Shown: one piece after another, positions 20,901 to 29,113 of the stretch
Position numbering within the stretch: position 1 is the stretch's first letter
Layout: each line of letters starts with the position of its first letter
Origin: Acidobacteriota bacterium
Lineage (GTDB): Bacteria; Acidobacteriota; UBA890; WLXD01
DNA length: 64,000 bases
Direction: 5' to 3'
NCBI GenBank assembly: GCA_012103255.1
Contig: WLXD01000003.1
Location: 141,984-205,983, forward strand
The notes under the pieces: model-generated
Databases searched by the model: none
Told to the model about the DNA's origin: nothing
Seen by the model: the letters and a program-made list of their open reading frames with translations, nothing else
Position numbers and translations under genes: made by a program

Positions 20901-21231
20901 AGGGATCTGCGCGCACTGGGAGATCTGGGCGCTGCAGATGGGCGGCCTCACGAACTACGACGCCCTGCGCACCGCCACATCAATCGCCGCTGATGGCCTC
21001 GGCCGCGCCGCCGATCTGGGCACCATCGAGGTCGGCAAGCTCGCCGATCTGGTGGTGCTCGACGCCAACCCGCTGGCCGACATCCGCAACACAAACACCG
21101 TGCGGCTGGTCATCAAGAACGGCGACGTCCACGACGGCGACACGCTCGCCCGCCTGGGCAACGATGCCGCGGAACGCCCGTCGATTGGCTATCGCGCCAC
21201 CGGTGCGCCCCCCGAAACCGACCGGCGATAG
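17929..21231 (+). CDS. TolB-like beta-propeller / metal-dependent amidohydrolase fusion protein
   Basis: N-terminal PD40 repeats (…FSPDGTRVAFISDRSG…), an acidic D/A/G/T low-complexity linker (nt ~19780-19930), and a C-terminal amidohydrolase fold (…FVIPGLIDLHAHL…, …VVLDANPLADIRNT…). Confidence 0.8.
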   Translation: MRHARRSLVVTLLTLLASPAATAQKKGLSLEATRTIAFTTSEGTYMNVDVSPDGSTLVFDLLGDLYTLPAAGGQAVRLTSGLAHDTQPTFSPDGTRVAFISDRSGSDNLWVLDLTDEAAKPEAISTERAKVVSTPEWDPDGEYLLARRSGDLWLYHVDGGSGLQLSDSDRVRGITGPTFGPEGRYIYFAASGGGFPSGLARVNGWQARRLDRVTGDVVSITASPNGAYRPRVSPDGHWMVYGARVDAQTGLRIRDLRSSRERWLAFPIDRDNAERPGVLDLMPRWDFTPDSAAVVLATGGTFHRIALEDGADTTIAFSADVEIDLGPFVFFESPHDDGPVHVRNVRYAGANADSDRIVFSALSKLWTMALPDGTPAELVHQPFGQFQPVFSNDGAWIAYVTWDDVDGGHLWKVPSSGGNPVRLTEHAGFYLHPAWSPDDSKLALVREDAAVFRNIWSRNTGEIVWLPATGDGLSIVGSAPSDNRLTFSAEGDRIRFVASVASGAFDGSRPARSELVSVRLDGTDRRVVANINAETWEAVPSPDGQWLAWTTREDVYVAALPFSPEPPSIGESSGPGPVKRVTREGGLDIHWEDGSDTLAWVFGDTYYRFGLEDALWEAEPEEDDADDGAPDGDASDDGATTDATVGDDADSTGTDADIDAVDEEPEGPQPTEFVVNLDVDRRIPRGAKAIVGATVVPMTGAEATIPDGVVLIEDNRITAVGSRDEVTIPDGTEIFDASGKFVIPGLIDLHAHLRQPREVFVQTNWSYLANLAYGVTSARDVSTSSDSFAYAELVETGAVWGPRIYSTGRAMTSGNAKIDSLEDARAMLRHYKKLGTDVVKQYMQPHRRQRQWVIQAAMEEEMNVTNEGGGDLRLNITQILDGYTGLEHSLPIADVYDDVVQLIAQSQTWYTPTLVVSYGGPTAEWYFYQTTEVHDDPKLSRFTPHDDLDRRTRRGQMNALDEYHFIAVAEGAARVLQAGGNVGMGAHGEQQGICAHWEIWALQMGGLTNYDALRTATSIAADGLGRAADLGTIEVGKLADLVVLDANPLADIRNTNTVRLVIKNGDVHDGDTLARLGNDAAERPSIGYRATGAPPETDRR

Positions 21232-21242
21232 ACGCGGCCGGG

Positions 21243-23936
21243 CTACTCCGATCGCAGACTCACCGCCGGATCTAGAGCAAGGGCCCGGCGGGCCGGAATC
21301 ACTGTTGCGACAAGAGCCACCAGGAGCAGCAACGTGGGGACGCCGAGATAGACCAACGGCTCGCCGGCGTTCACACCTTCGAGCACCGCGGCCAGAAGCC
21401 GACCGATCGGGATCGCCACCGCCAGACCGATGGTCGCTCCGATCGCCGTGAGCGCCATACCGCGCCGCACGGCCAGGGCCAGAACCTGGCGTGGGGCTGC
21501 GCCGAGCGCCACCCGAACCCCGAACTCGCGCGTTCGCCGTGCGACACGGTACGCAAGCAGGCCATAGAGGCCGACCGCCGCCAGGCCCAGAGCAGCCGCC
21601 CCGAAAGCCGCCATCAGGCTCGTCGGCAACCAGACGATCACGAGCGAGTCGCGAACGATCTTCTCCAACGTGCGCACCGAGTCGACCGGGATCGCCGCAT
21701 CGACACGCCACACCGCGTCCCGGACTTCCGTGGCCATCTCGGCCGCGGGCCTGCCATCAGACTTGATCGCCAGCAGCATGCGCGCACGAGCATCGGTCTG
21801 TTCGTACGGCACGAAGAACGCGGGGCCCGGCGGATCCAGCATGGTCAGGTGCTGGAAATTTCGAATCACGCCAACGATGGTGATCCAGTCTTCGTCGTCC
21901 CCGCCGCGGATGCGTTGCCCAATCGCATCGCCTTCACGCAGGTGACGCAGCAACGCCTCGTTCACAACGGCGACTCGCGCGGAATCAGCCCGGTCCGCAT
22001 CCTCGAACAGCCGGCCGCCCACGACGGTCGCGCCCATGGCGGGCAGGTAGCCCGCTGTCACCGCGCGGTAACCCGCTGACGGCGTGCGCTCCAGGTCCTC
22101 GACGCCCTCGACCTGGAGGTCGCTGACGGGATTGCTGAACGACAAGGGCAAGATCGACGTGGCACCAACCCCGTCTACCCCCCGAACGGACTCGATCTCC
22201 CGAATCGCTTCCCGATAGAAGTTCTGCCGAGACTCCACGCCTTCGTAGCGCGGGCCGTTGGGAGCTACCTCGATGGTTAGCACGTCGGCGGCCTCGAATC
22301 CCGGGTCCTTCGCCACCAGACCGGTGAACCCTTTCACCATCAGACCAGACCCGATCAACAGCACCACTGACACGGCAACCTCGGCGACCAGGAGTAGGCT
22401 GCGCAGCCGACCTCGGCCCCCTTCGATGTGACCGGATTCACCGCTGGCTCGCATCACCGTGCCGAGATCCGCACGTGCGGCGCGGAACGCGGGAACCAGG
22501 CCGAACACGATCCCCGAGGTCGCCGCGACCAGAAAGGTGACCAACAAGACCCGCATGTCCGGACCCGCCTGCGTCGCCGCGGACGAAGTCTCGAGAACGG
22601 CCTCGGGCAGACTGGCGACCAGCAGCCTGCCGGAGAAGCTAGCGGCGATGTGCCCGACGACGACGCCGGCCAGCGACACGATGACGCACTCCACCAGCAG
22701 CTGTCGGACGATCCGCGCTCGCGACGCTCCCAGCGACTTACGGATCGCGATCTCACCCTGGCGTGTGGCACCACGGGCCAGGAGAAGATTTGCCACGTTC
22801 GCGCAGCAGATCAGCAAGACGAATCCGACGGTTACCAGCAACACGGCCAGCGCGGGCGCCATGATCTCGCTCATCTGCTCCCGCAGCAGCACCGCCCGGG
22901 CGCTCACTCCTTCGTTGGTCCCCGGGTAGTCCTCTTCCAGCTGCGCCATGATGCTCGCCAATTCGGCACTGGCTGTGTCGATGTCCGTACCGTCGGCGAG
23001 GCGCCCGATGACGATCTTGTTCCGCTCCGATCGGGCGTTGACAATCTCCTCCGTCGCCCAGCGAGCCGGCCGCCACAGATCACCGCGGGCGACCAACTGC
23101 GGGTACTCGAACCCTTCGGGCATGACCCCCACTACGGTGTGTTCACGCTCGTTGAGGAGCATCGCCGTGCCGACGATCTCGGGGTCCGCGCCGAGCCGTT
23201 GCCACAGTCGCCAGCTCAGGACGACGACATCCGGGGCTCCTACTTCGCCATCTGCCGAACCGAAACCGCGACCGAGAACCGGGGCCGAGAGCAGCACCCC
23301 AAAGGTGTTGGTCGTGACCGTATAGCCGGTAAGGGCGAGCGGCTCCTGGTCTCCGTTGAGATTGACGGCCCAGCTGTGCGAGATCGCGATGTCCTCGAAC
23401 GACTCGCTGCGCTCCCGCAAGTCCACCCAGTCCGCCGCCGACGTCGCGCCAACACTGACTCCAACGTCCGGCCGGGTCGTCCAGATCATCGCCAGGCGAT
23501 CCCCCTCCCCGAAGGGCAGCTCCGCGAACATCAGCGCATGGGTCATACCGAAGATGGTCGCGTTGGCCGCCATTCCTACGGCGATCGTGATGATGGCGAC
23601 GGCCGCGAAACCTGGGCTGCGCATCAGATTGCGCACCGCATAGCGGATGTCCTGAACGGTGTCGGCGAACCAGCGACGACGGCTCCGCCGCTGCGGCCGG
23701 GGTGCTCCGCCCGAGGGCAGCGGTTCGGGCAACAGGCGGCGCTCCTCGAGTCCGTCGCGGAGCACCCGAGGAATTGTTCGCGACCAAAGCCTGGCGAGGC
23801 CGGTCAGCCCGTCACGACGCCACGTCGCGTTGTGCAACAGGCCGAAGTCGGCGAGAACCATCTCGCCGTAGCGCGCCCGGAACGTACGCGGGTAGGCGGT
23901 GAGTAGAGCCCTGTACAGCACCTGCGATCGACTCAA
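21243..23936 (-). CDS. FtsX-family ABC transporter permease (MacB-like, duplicated-permease 'ADOP' type)
   Basis: 897 aa with two FtsX/MacB_PCD-like halves and a conserved N-terminal cytoplasmic leader (MSRSQVLYRALLTAYPRTFRARYG…). Overlaps the upstream padR by 4 nt. Confidence 0.8.
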   Translation of the reverse strand: MSRSQVLYRALLTAYPRTFRARYGEMVLADFGLLHNATWRRDGLTGLARLWSRTIPRVLRDGLEERRLLPEPLPSGGAPRPQRRSRRRWFADTVQDIRYAVRNLMRSPGFAAVAIITIAVGMAANATIFGMTHALMFAELPFGEGDRLAMIWTTRPDVGVSVGATSAADWVDLRERSESFEDIAISHSWAVNLNGDQEPLALTGYTVTTNTFGVLLSAPVLGRGFGSADGEVGAPDVVVLSWRLWQRLGADPEIVGTAMLLNEREHTVVGVMPEGFEYPQLVARGDLWRPARWATEEIVNARSERNKIVIGRLADGTDIDTASAELASIMAQLEEDYPGTNEGVSARAVLLREQMSEIMAPALAVLLVTVGFVLLICCANVANLLLARGATRQGEIAIRKSLGASRARIVRQLLVECVIVSLAGVVVGHIAASFSGRLLVASLPEAVLETSSAATQAGPDMRVLLVTFLVAATSGIVFGLVPAFRAARADLGTVMRASGESGHIEGGRGRLRSLLLVAEVAVSVVLLIGSGLMVKGFTGLVAKDPGFEAADVLTIEVAPNGPRYEGVESRQNFYREAIREIESVRGVDGVGATSILPLSFSNPVSDLQVEGVEDLERTPSAGYRAVTAGYLPAMGATVVGGRLFEDADRADSARVAVVNEALLRHLREGDAIGQRIRGGDDEDWITIVGVIRNFQHLTMLDPPGPAFFVPYEQTDARARMLLAIKSDGRPAAEMATEVRDAVWRVDAAIPVDSVRTLEKIVRDSLVIVWLPTSLMAAFGAAALGLAAVGLYGLLAYRVARRTREFGVRVALGAAPRQVLALAVRRGMALTAIGATIGLAVAIPIGRLLAAVLEGVNAGEPLVYLGVPTLLLLVALVATVIPARRALALDPAVSLRSE

Positions 23937-24283
23937 CTGGATCCTCCGATCGGCAACACGCTTTTGTTGCGCGCCACGCTCACAAGGCGCTCCAATCGCT
24001 CGGCCTCGCGCGCGACAACATCGACTCCCGCTTCGGTCAACTCATACTGCCGCCGTCGGGTCTCGTCCGGCTCGTGCTCGGTCACGAAGCCCTCGCGGGC
24101 CAGACGTCGGAGCGACCGGTACAGATTGGCGGGGTCCATATGCACGGCCCCCTCGCTCTCCTCGGTGATGCTCTGCAGGATCCGGTAGCCATGACCGCGC
24201 CCTTCAACGAGCGCAAGCAGGATCAGAAAGTCACGGGCCGCAAGCGGCAACGCCGGCACAACATCACGATTGAGTGCTTCCAT
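23933..24283 (-). CDS. PadR-family transcriptional regulator
   Basis: …LILLALVEGRGHGYRILQSITEESEGAVHMDPANLYRSLRRLAREGFV… is the PadR winged-helix signature. Confidence 0.8.
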   Translation of the reverse strand: MEALNRDVVPALPLAARDFLILLALVEGRGHGYRILQSITEESEGAVHMDPANLYRSLRRLAREGFVTEHEPDETRRRQYELTEAGVDVVAREAERLERLVSVARNKSVLPIGGSS

Positions 24284-24291
24284 CGAGAACT

Positions 24292-24323
24292 CTCCAGAAG
24301 GTTCTTTTCGTTAGGTTCTGGAG
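24292..24323. promoter_or_regulatory. 8-bp inverted repeat CTCCAGAA-N16-TTCTGGAG immediately upstream of padR
   Basis: Read directly, 9-40 nt upstream of the padR start (24283). Candidate autoregulatory operator. Confidence 0.4.
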
Positions 24324-24371
24324 ATGACCCTATTGGTCACAAGACTAGTAGTCAAACGACAAAGTCGTCTT

Positions 24372-25464
24372 TCACGCGATCTCAGTGTTTTCCGCACTAG
24401 GCTGCAGCCACCGTGATCCGGTCCGCACGAAGTACGTCAACCACATGACGATTCCAACGAACTTGGCGCCGTCTTCGAAGATGAACGGGTTCAGCCCGGG
24501 AATGCTCACGACGTCCAGACCCACGGACGTGATGAAGAATCCGAGGGCGATGGCAAGTAGTTGCCACTCCGTCGCACGGATGATTCGTCGGAACCGGGTC
24601 AGATAGGCCGCTATCGCGATCATGTAGGTGACGATCAGCACTTTCTCGGGAATTCCGAGGCGAGGGAGTTACGCGCTCGTGCCACAGAAAGGTGTCGTCG
24701 AGGGCAAGCACGGTCGTGAACACCGCCGAGGCCACCAAGAACCGCCGCACGGCCGGATTGGCGGTCCAGTTGATGCCCGCCACGAAGAAGCAGATCGCCG
24801 CCGCAGCGGCCCAAAGCAGGAGCCCGAGCTGCGATAGCGCGCCCGTCACGGGCGGCAGGCCAGCCACCTGCGTCACATCCCGAATCAAGACGTCGAACGG
24901 CACGCCCGCGACGAATCGCTGCTCCACAACAAAGCCTATTGGCACGGCGGCGGCAGCGAAGGCAAGAAGCATGACCCGCGCCAGCGGCATGCGGGCCGAC
25001 CGCTGGACGACGTGTTCCGGGCTTGCACCGATCCGGAGGCGTCCGCCCGCGGCTGCGGCGATCAACGCAAGCAGGGCGGCCAGCGCGAGACCCGCCGTCG
25101 TATGCCATACGGCATATTGCGACGTGACGATCACGAAGCCAAAGGTCGCCGCCACCGCCACCGCCAGCGGCAACGCGACAACGCGTGCGGGCACCCGCGC
25201 ATCGGCGCTGGTCCACAAGGCGACACCCAGCACAAGCAGCAACGCCCCTGACACGCGCGCAAATCCGATGCCGGCCCAAACAACCTCGACAGCGGGAGCC
25301 GGTTCAAGCGGCGGAACCGCCTGCCCGCCGATGACCTCGAATGCCGTGGGCCCCGCAAGCGCAACCCACAGCCCGAGCGCCACGGTCAACGCGGCGACGC
25401 TCCGCGCAAAGTACTGCCACATCGGCAGGAGGCGTGAGGAAGAAGCGTGGGTCTTCGGTGACAT
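24372..25464 (-). pseudogene. polytopic membrane protein gene interrupted by a frameshift (or sequencing error) near 24650-24680
   Basis: The 355-aa ORF (24397-25464) loses protein-like character after …LALDDTFLWHE. The hydrophobic continuation (…EKVLIVTYMIAIAAYLTRFRRII…WLTYFVRTGSRW…) lies in another frame (24372-24641). The two frames overlap around 24641-24676. Confidence 0.45.
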
Positions 25465-25580
25465 GCGTCAGGTCCAGGGCTTTGCCTGGCGACGACCTGG
25501 CGACGCCGGGCGCGAGCCCAGCATAGTTGAATGCCCGCCGGACCAACAGGCTCGCGCCGACGGGCTAAGATCGGAGCCGT

Positions 25581-25664
25581 CGCCGGAGTGGTGGAATGGC
25601 AGACACGCGGGATTCAAAATCCCGTGGGCTTTATGCCCGTGTGGGTTCGAGTCCCACCTCCGGT
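25581..25664 (+). tRNA. tRNA-Leu (anticodon CAA), class II with long variable arm
   Basis: Hand-folded cloverleaf: acceptor GCCGGAG/CTCCGGT, D-arm, anticodon stem CGGGA/TCCCG with loop TTCAAAA (anticodon CAA), 17-nt variable stem-loop GGGCTTTATGCCC, T-arm GTGGG-TTCGAGT-CCCAC, discriminator A. Confidence 0.85.
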
Positions 25665-25752
25665 ACTTATGCGATGAGCGGCATCGGAAAACGCGACGCT
25701 AGCGGTTTCTCCCACAGCAAGTTCCGCGCGACTTCGCCGAAGGAGAAACAGG

Positions 25753-26223
25753 ATGCCGAAACCCATCCGCTACTCACTTGTCTCGATGCTCGGTGTCGGC
25801 CTGGTGGCCACGTGGCAGGCATTCAATGTCGGAGTCGAGTCGGGTGCTGAGCAGGCGTTCCAGGAGAACTCAACTTCGGCCGCCGAGCCGGACTTTGTCG
25901 GTCATTGGGAGGGCTCGATCGCAGGGGTAATCACGCTCGTCTTTCACATCACGGAATCGGACGGGACGTACTACTCGACGCTCGATGTTCCGCAGCAGGA
26001 CCTGGCTGGACGGGTCATGGACAGCACCACGATCGATGGGACGAAGCTTCGCATCACGTTCGATCTGATAGGGGGCGTCTTCGCGGGCGAGATGCTGGAT
26101 GACGGCACGATAGCGGGGACCTGGCGCCAAGCGCATGGAGGCGACCCGTTTGCCCTGAATCTCCGGCAGCGGGGTAGCGAGTCGTTGGCGCCCGCCGAGG
26201 CGCCGGGCCGCGTCCCGGGCTAG
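25753..26223 (+). CDS. secreted hypothetical protein
   Basis: 156 aa with an N-terminal hydrophobic signal/anchor. No motif recognised. First gene after the tRNA. Confidence 0.5.
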   Translation: MPKPIRYSLVSMLGVGLVATWQAFNVGVESGAEQAFQENSTSAAEPDFVGHWEGSIAGVITLVFHITESDGTYYSTLDVPQQDLAGRVMDSTTIDGTKLRITFDLIGGVFAGEMLDDGTIAGTWRQAHGGDPFALNLRQRGSESLAPAEAPGRVPG

Positions 26224-26355
26224 AAGGGATCCCCCGCCTCGCCGCGGTGGTGGCTTGCACCACGGTGTCGCACGCTGACCACGAGCGCGACGACCTGGTC
26301 AGCGAACCGCTGCCTGCACCTCGCACGAGTAGAAAGCGCTCTCGTGGATACTCAA

Positions 26356-27264
26356 CTAGCCCACGAACCCGCCCCTGACGGCGCGCACGCCGTAGGCCCA
26401 GAAGCCCTCCAGGTCCGGCGGGAACCTACTGATTTCTCCGGCCCGCTGGCGCGAGCCGTGCGTCTTGTGCGTCTTGTACAGCAAGAACAGACCGAGATTC
26501 TTCATTGTCTGGTCGCGTTCTGTCGCCGCTTCCTTCTCTGCGACGGACTCGAGCACAGCAATCGCGAGATCCGGCGCTTCTCTCATCATCACAAGCGCGG
26601 CACCGTATCTCACTGCATTCTTGATCGACGGGACGTCGTGGTAGCTCGCCCTTAGCTCGTTGAGCTTGGGTTCGATTTGCTCCACCGATCGGGTCCACAT
26701 CGCGGCCCGCTGAGCTGGCGATGACCGGGGCGGCAGTACGTCCGTTTCCGATAGCGCCATCGTTATAGCGACGTGAACGTAGGTTTCAGGTGCCCAGAGG
26801 GTTTCTTCGGCTGAGTCACGGCTATGGCTAACGACCCCGCCGAACAGAAGGGCGATCAGCGCCGTGATGGCAGCAGCCCGCATCGAGGGAAGCGGCTTGT
26901 AGTGCGTCGGCGCGGACGCGGGCGTTGCCTCGGGCGTCGGCGCGTGAGGCGTGAACAGCACGCCACGGCCGTGCAAGGTGCGAAGGAAGACCGGGGCTGC
27001 AGCCGTCTCGCCAAGAGCGCGCCTCAGCAGATGGACGACTTCGCAGATCGACTGGTCGGCGACCGCGGTTGCCGGCCAGCACGCTCCGAGTAGCTCATCC
27101 TTCGTGATCGGGCGGTCCGGGTTCGCTAGCAAATAGCTCAACACGCGGGCGCATCGGGGGTCCAGGTCAACCCGACCATCAGCTCGATGAAGCGACCCCG
27201 TCAGCGCGTCGAACTCCATGTCTCCAACGCGTGATCGTAGAGCCTTGTCCGATCCGTTCTGCAT
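26356..27264 (-). CDS. CadC/ToxR-like membrane-bound transcriptional regulator (OmpR-type winged helix + TM + periplasmic helical/TPR-like domain)
   Basis: The N-terminus …LDPRCARVLSYLLANPDRPITKDELLGACWPATAVADQSICEVVHLLRRALGE… matches the Trans_reg_C winged helix. One TM helix (AAITALIALLFGGVV) is followed by a helical periplasmic region. Confidence 0.65.
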   Translation of the reverse strand: MQNGSDKALRSRVGDMEFDALTGSLHRADGRVDLDPRCARVLSYLLANPDRPITKDELLGACWPATAVADQSICEVVHLLRRALGETAAAPVFLRTLHGRGVLFTPHAPTPEATPASAPTHYKPLPSMRAAAITALIALLFGGVVSHSRDSAEETLWAPETYVHVAITMALSETDVLPPRSSPAQRAAMWTRSVEQIEPKLNELRASYHDVPSIKNAVRYGAALVMMREAPDLAIAVLESVAEKEAATERDQTMKNLGLFLLYKTHKTHGSRQRAGEISRFPPDLEGFWAYGVRAVRGGFVG

Positions 27265-27478
27265 GGCAACGGTTCTATCACACCAAGCGCGGAGCCTGCG
27301 GGAACCACGGGGGAGCCGCCAAAACTAAGAAACCACTAAGGACTTTCTAGCCCCGATCGCGCACGGTCCGTGCCACCAATCCATTACTACAGACGGGGTC
27401 GCGCAGAAGGGGTTCGCGTGCTCGACGGCACGCTCCAGTCCACCCGCCCCGTCAGGCAGCTATGCCGGAGGTTTTGCG

Positions 27479-27733
27479 ATGGCCGAAACGAGAATCGCCG
27501 ACCGAAACGACGACTATACGACCGTGGCAGATAGGGCCAACCGAGTGGGCTGTGACTGCTGTTGCACGGACGCCGTCGCCCGCGTCCTTTGCTGCTGGAT
27601 GCAGACCGATGAAGGCAGCCAGGGGAATCGCGACAACACGGCCGAGTTCGCGAGCCAGTTGATGGCGGCCCTTGGGTGCGATCCGCAAGCAGTATCGAAG
27701 AGTCGTCGCGCTGATGACTGCGACATCGACTAA
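27479..27733 (+). CDS. small acidic Cys-rich hypothetical protein (possible partner/antitoxin of downstream RelA/SpoT-domain gene)
   Basis: 84-aa ORF preceded by GGAGG 6 nt upstream. Its TAA stop lies within the RBS (GGAGG) of the next gene. Contains a CDCCC…CC cluster. The coding call is uncertain. Confidence 0.25.
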   Translation: MAETRIADRNDDYTTVADRANRVGCDCCCTDAVARVLCCWMQTDEGSQGNRDNTAEFASQLMAALGCDPQAVSKSRRADDCDID

Positions 27734-27745
27734 CGGAGGCACAGC

Positions 27746-28708
27746 ATGAGTCTCCCGTACCGGTTTCTGTTTGGCGCTTTCTTCGCAGTCTTGCCGGCGT
27801 CAGTTGGTCTTGGCCAGGAGACCGCGCAGGCACCGCAAACCGCGAGCGTTTCACAGGAGGTGCTCGCGCCGGTGACCGTCGCGCGTCGCCTGTCCTCAGC
27901 CAACACCATCAACTGCAAGCTAGGGGACTACGCGACGGCCGACTTCTTCGCCCTTCCTCCCGACGAGCAAGACCTGTTCCTGACCGAGTTCCGGGCTAAG
28001 TACGCGGCCACGCTGCGCGCGACGCGCGATGCGCTACGCGCCCTACTGCCCCGGCCCGTTTACATGGTGTCATTCCGCCTGAAGACGTCGGTGAGCATCA
28101 AGGAGAAGATCACCCGCAAGGGCTACAGCTGCTTCTCCCAGTTCTCCGACATCGTGGGCACACGAGTGATCGCTCCTGCGTACGCCTCGTTCGGGGCCAT
28201 CCAGCGAACGATCACCGACACCTTCGATGTCGCCAAGGCCGAGAACCTACTCGACGACAAGCCCGGCGGTGGCTATCGCGCCCTGCACTATGACGTGATA
28301 GTGCTGGGGCGCAAGGCCGAGATCCAGGTCATGACGCGCAGGATGGCCGCCTTCACGGAGAGTTCTCATCCACTCGCGTACAAGGGGCCGTACGCGGAGC
28401 CGAATGACCCGTCGAAGGACACTCCGGAAGCCAAGGCTGTCCGCGGGTATCTGAAGAAACTGGGCGATGCGATTCACGAACTGGATAGAGGCAACTCAGC
28501 TACTCTGCCCCCGATCCCCGCGACTCTCCCGGACGACGCCCAGGAGCGGCTCAACAAGACAATGGTTAAGCTTGTCTCGCTGAGTTCCATCGATCCAATC
28601 ACGCCGCTTACGTTCGCGGAGATCTTCGTCAACCCGGCGCTTGCTCTGCTTGAGTTCTACGCGCTAGACGAGTTCCTTCCCATCGCGCTGATCGAGCAGG
28701 AACAATAG
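27746..28708 (+). CDS. RelA/SpoT (RSH) nucleotidyltransferase-domain protein, toxSAS-like, with signal-peptide-like N-terminus
   Basis: …RLKTSVSIKEKITRKGY…DIVGTRVI…GGYRALHYDVIVLGRKAEIQVMTRRMAAFTESSHPLAYKG… matches the RelA_SpoT synthetase core (D-x-G-R-V, GY(R)xLH, EIQ(V/I)xT, YK). There is no HD hydrolase domain. N-terminus MSLPYRFLFGAFFAVLPASVGLGQE. GGAGG RBS 7 nt upstream. Confidence 0.75.
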   Translation: MSLPYRFLFGAFFAVLPASVGLGQETAQAPQTASVSQEVLAPVTVARRLSSANTINCKLGDYATADFFALPPDEQDLFLTEFRAKYAATLRATRDALRALLPRPVYMVSFRLKTSVSIKEKITRKGYSCFSQFSDIVGTRVIAPAYASFGAIQRTITDTFDVAKAENLLDDKPGGGYRALHYDVIVLGRKAEIQVMTRRMAAFTESSHPLAYKGPYAEPNDPSKDTPEAKAVRGYLKKLGDAIHELDRGNSATLPPIPATLPDDAQERLNKTMVKLVSLSSIDPITPLTFAEIFVNPALALLEFYALDEFLPIALIEQEQ

Positions 28709-28854
28709 CCGCAATTGCCAGGTTCCGCGGCGCACATGCAACCTATCTCGCCTGTGCGCGCGGCGAGAGCCCGAAACTTCCACAATCTCCTACACACTTC
28801 CACAAGTTGTGCAGAAAACTCTTTAAATATAGATATCTAAGAGTGCAGGCACAG

Positions 28855-28908
28855 GATTCAAAATCCCGTGGGCGCAAGCCCGTGTGGGTTCGAGTCCCAC
28901 CTCCGGTA
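28855..28908 (+). repeat. direct repeat = truncated 3' portion of tRNA-Leu(CAA) (attR-like), copy 1
   Basis: 54 nt identical to the tRNA from the anticodon loop to the discriminator, except the variable-arm loop (gcaa vs tttat). Confidence 0.85.
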
Positions 28909-29113
28909 CTAATATTTTCGACGACTTACCTCGTTGCCGAACAACGCTTGGACAACCGGAGCCTGGCGCGCCGCCGGATCGGACCCTGGTACGCAGAGGT
29001 CGGATCTCGTAGGGTCGTCTGCGACGCTTGTACGCGGCTTCACTGCTAGCCTGGCCGGTACCCCGTCAGCCCTCCGACAAGGGGCCGGCCGTCGGCGTTC
29101 GGCCGACCTGGAG

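Noticed and set aside
22428-23906. 492-aa plus-strand ORF
   Set aside because: It is antisense to the FtsX-family permease. Its composition (R/D/G/H-rich) is not protein-like.
24692-25702. 336-aa plus-strand ORF running through the tRNA-Leu gene
   Set aside because: It overlaps the intact tRNA and is antisense to the membrane protein gene. It is Ala/Thr/Arg-rich with low complexity.
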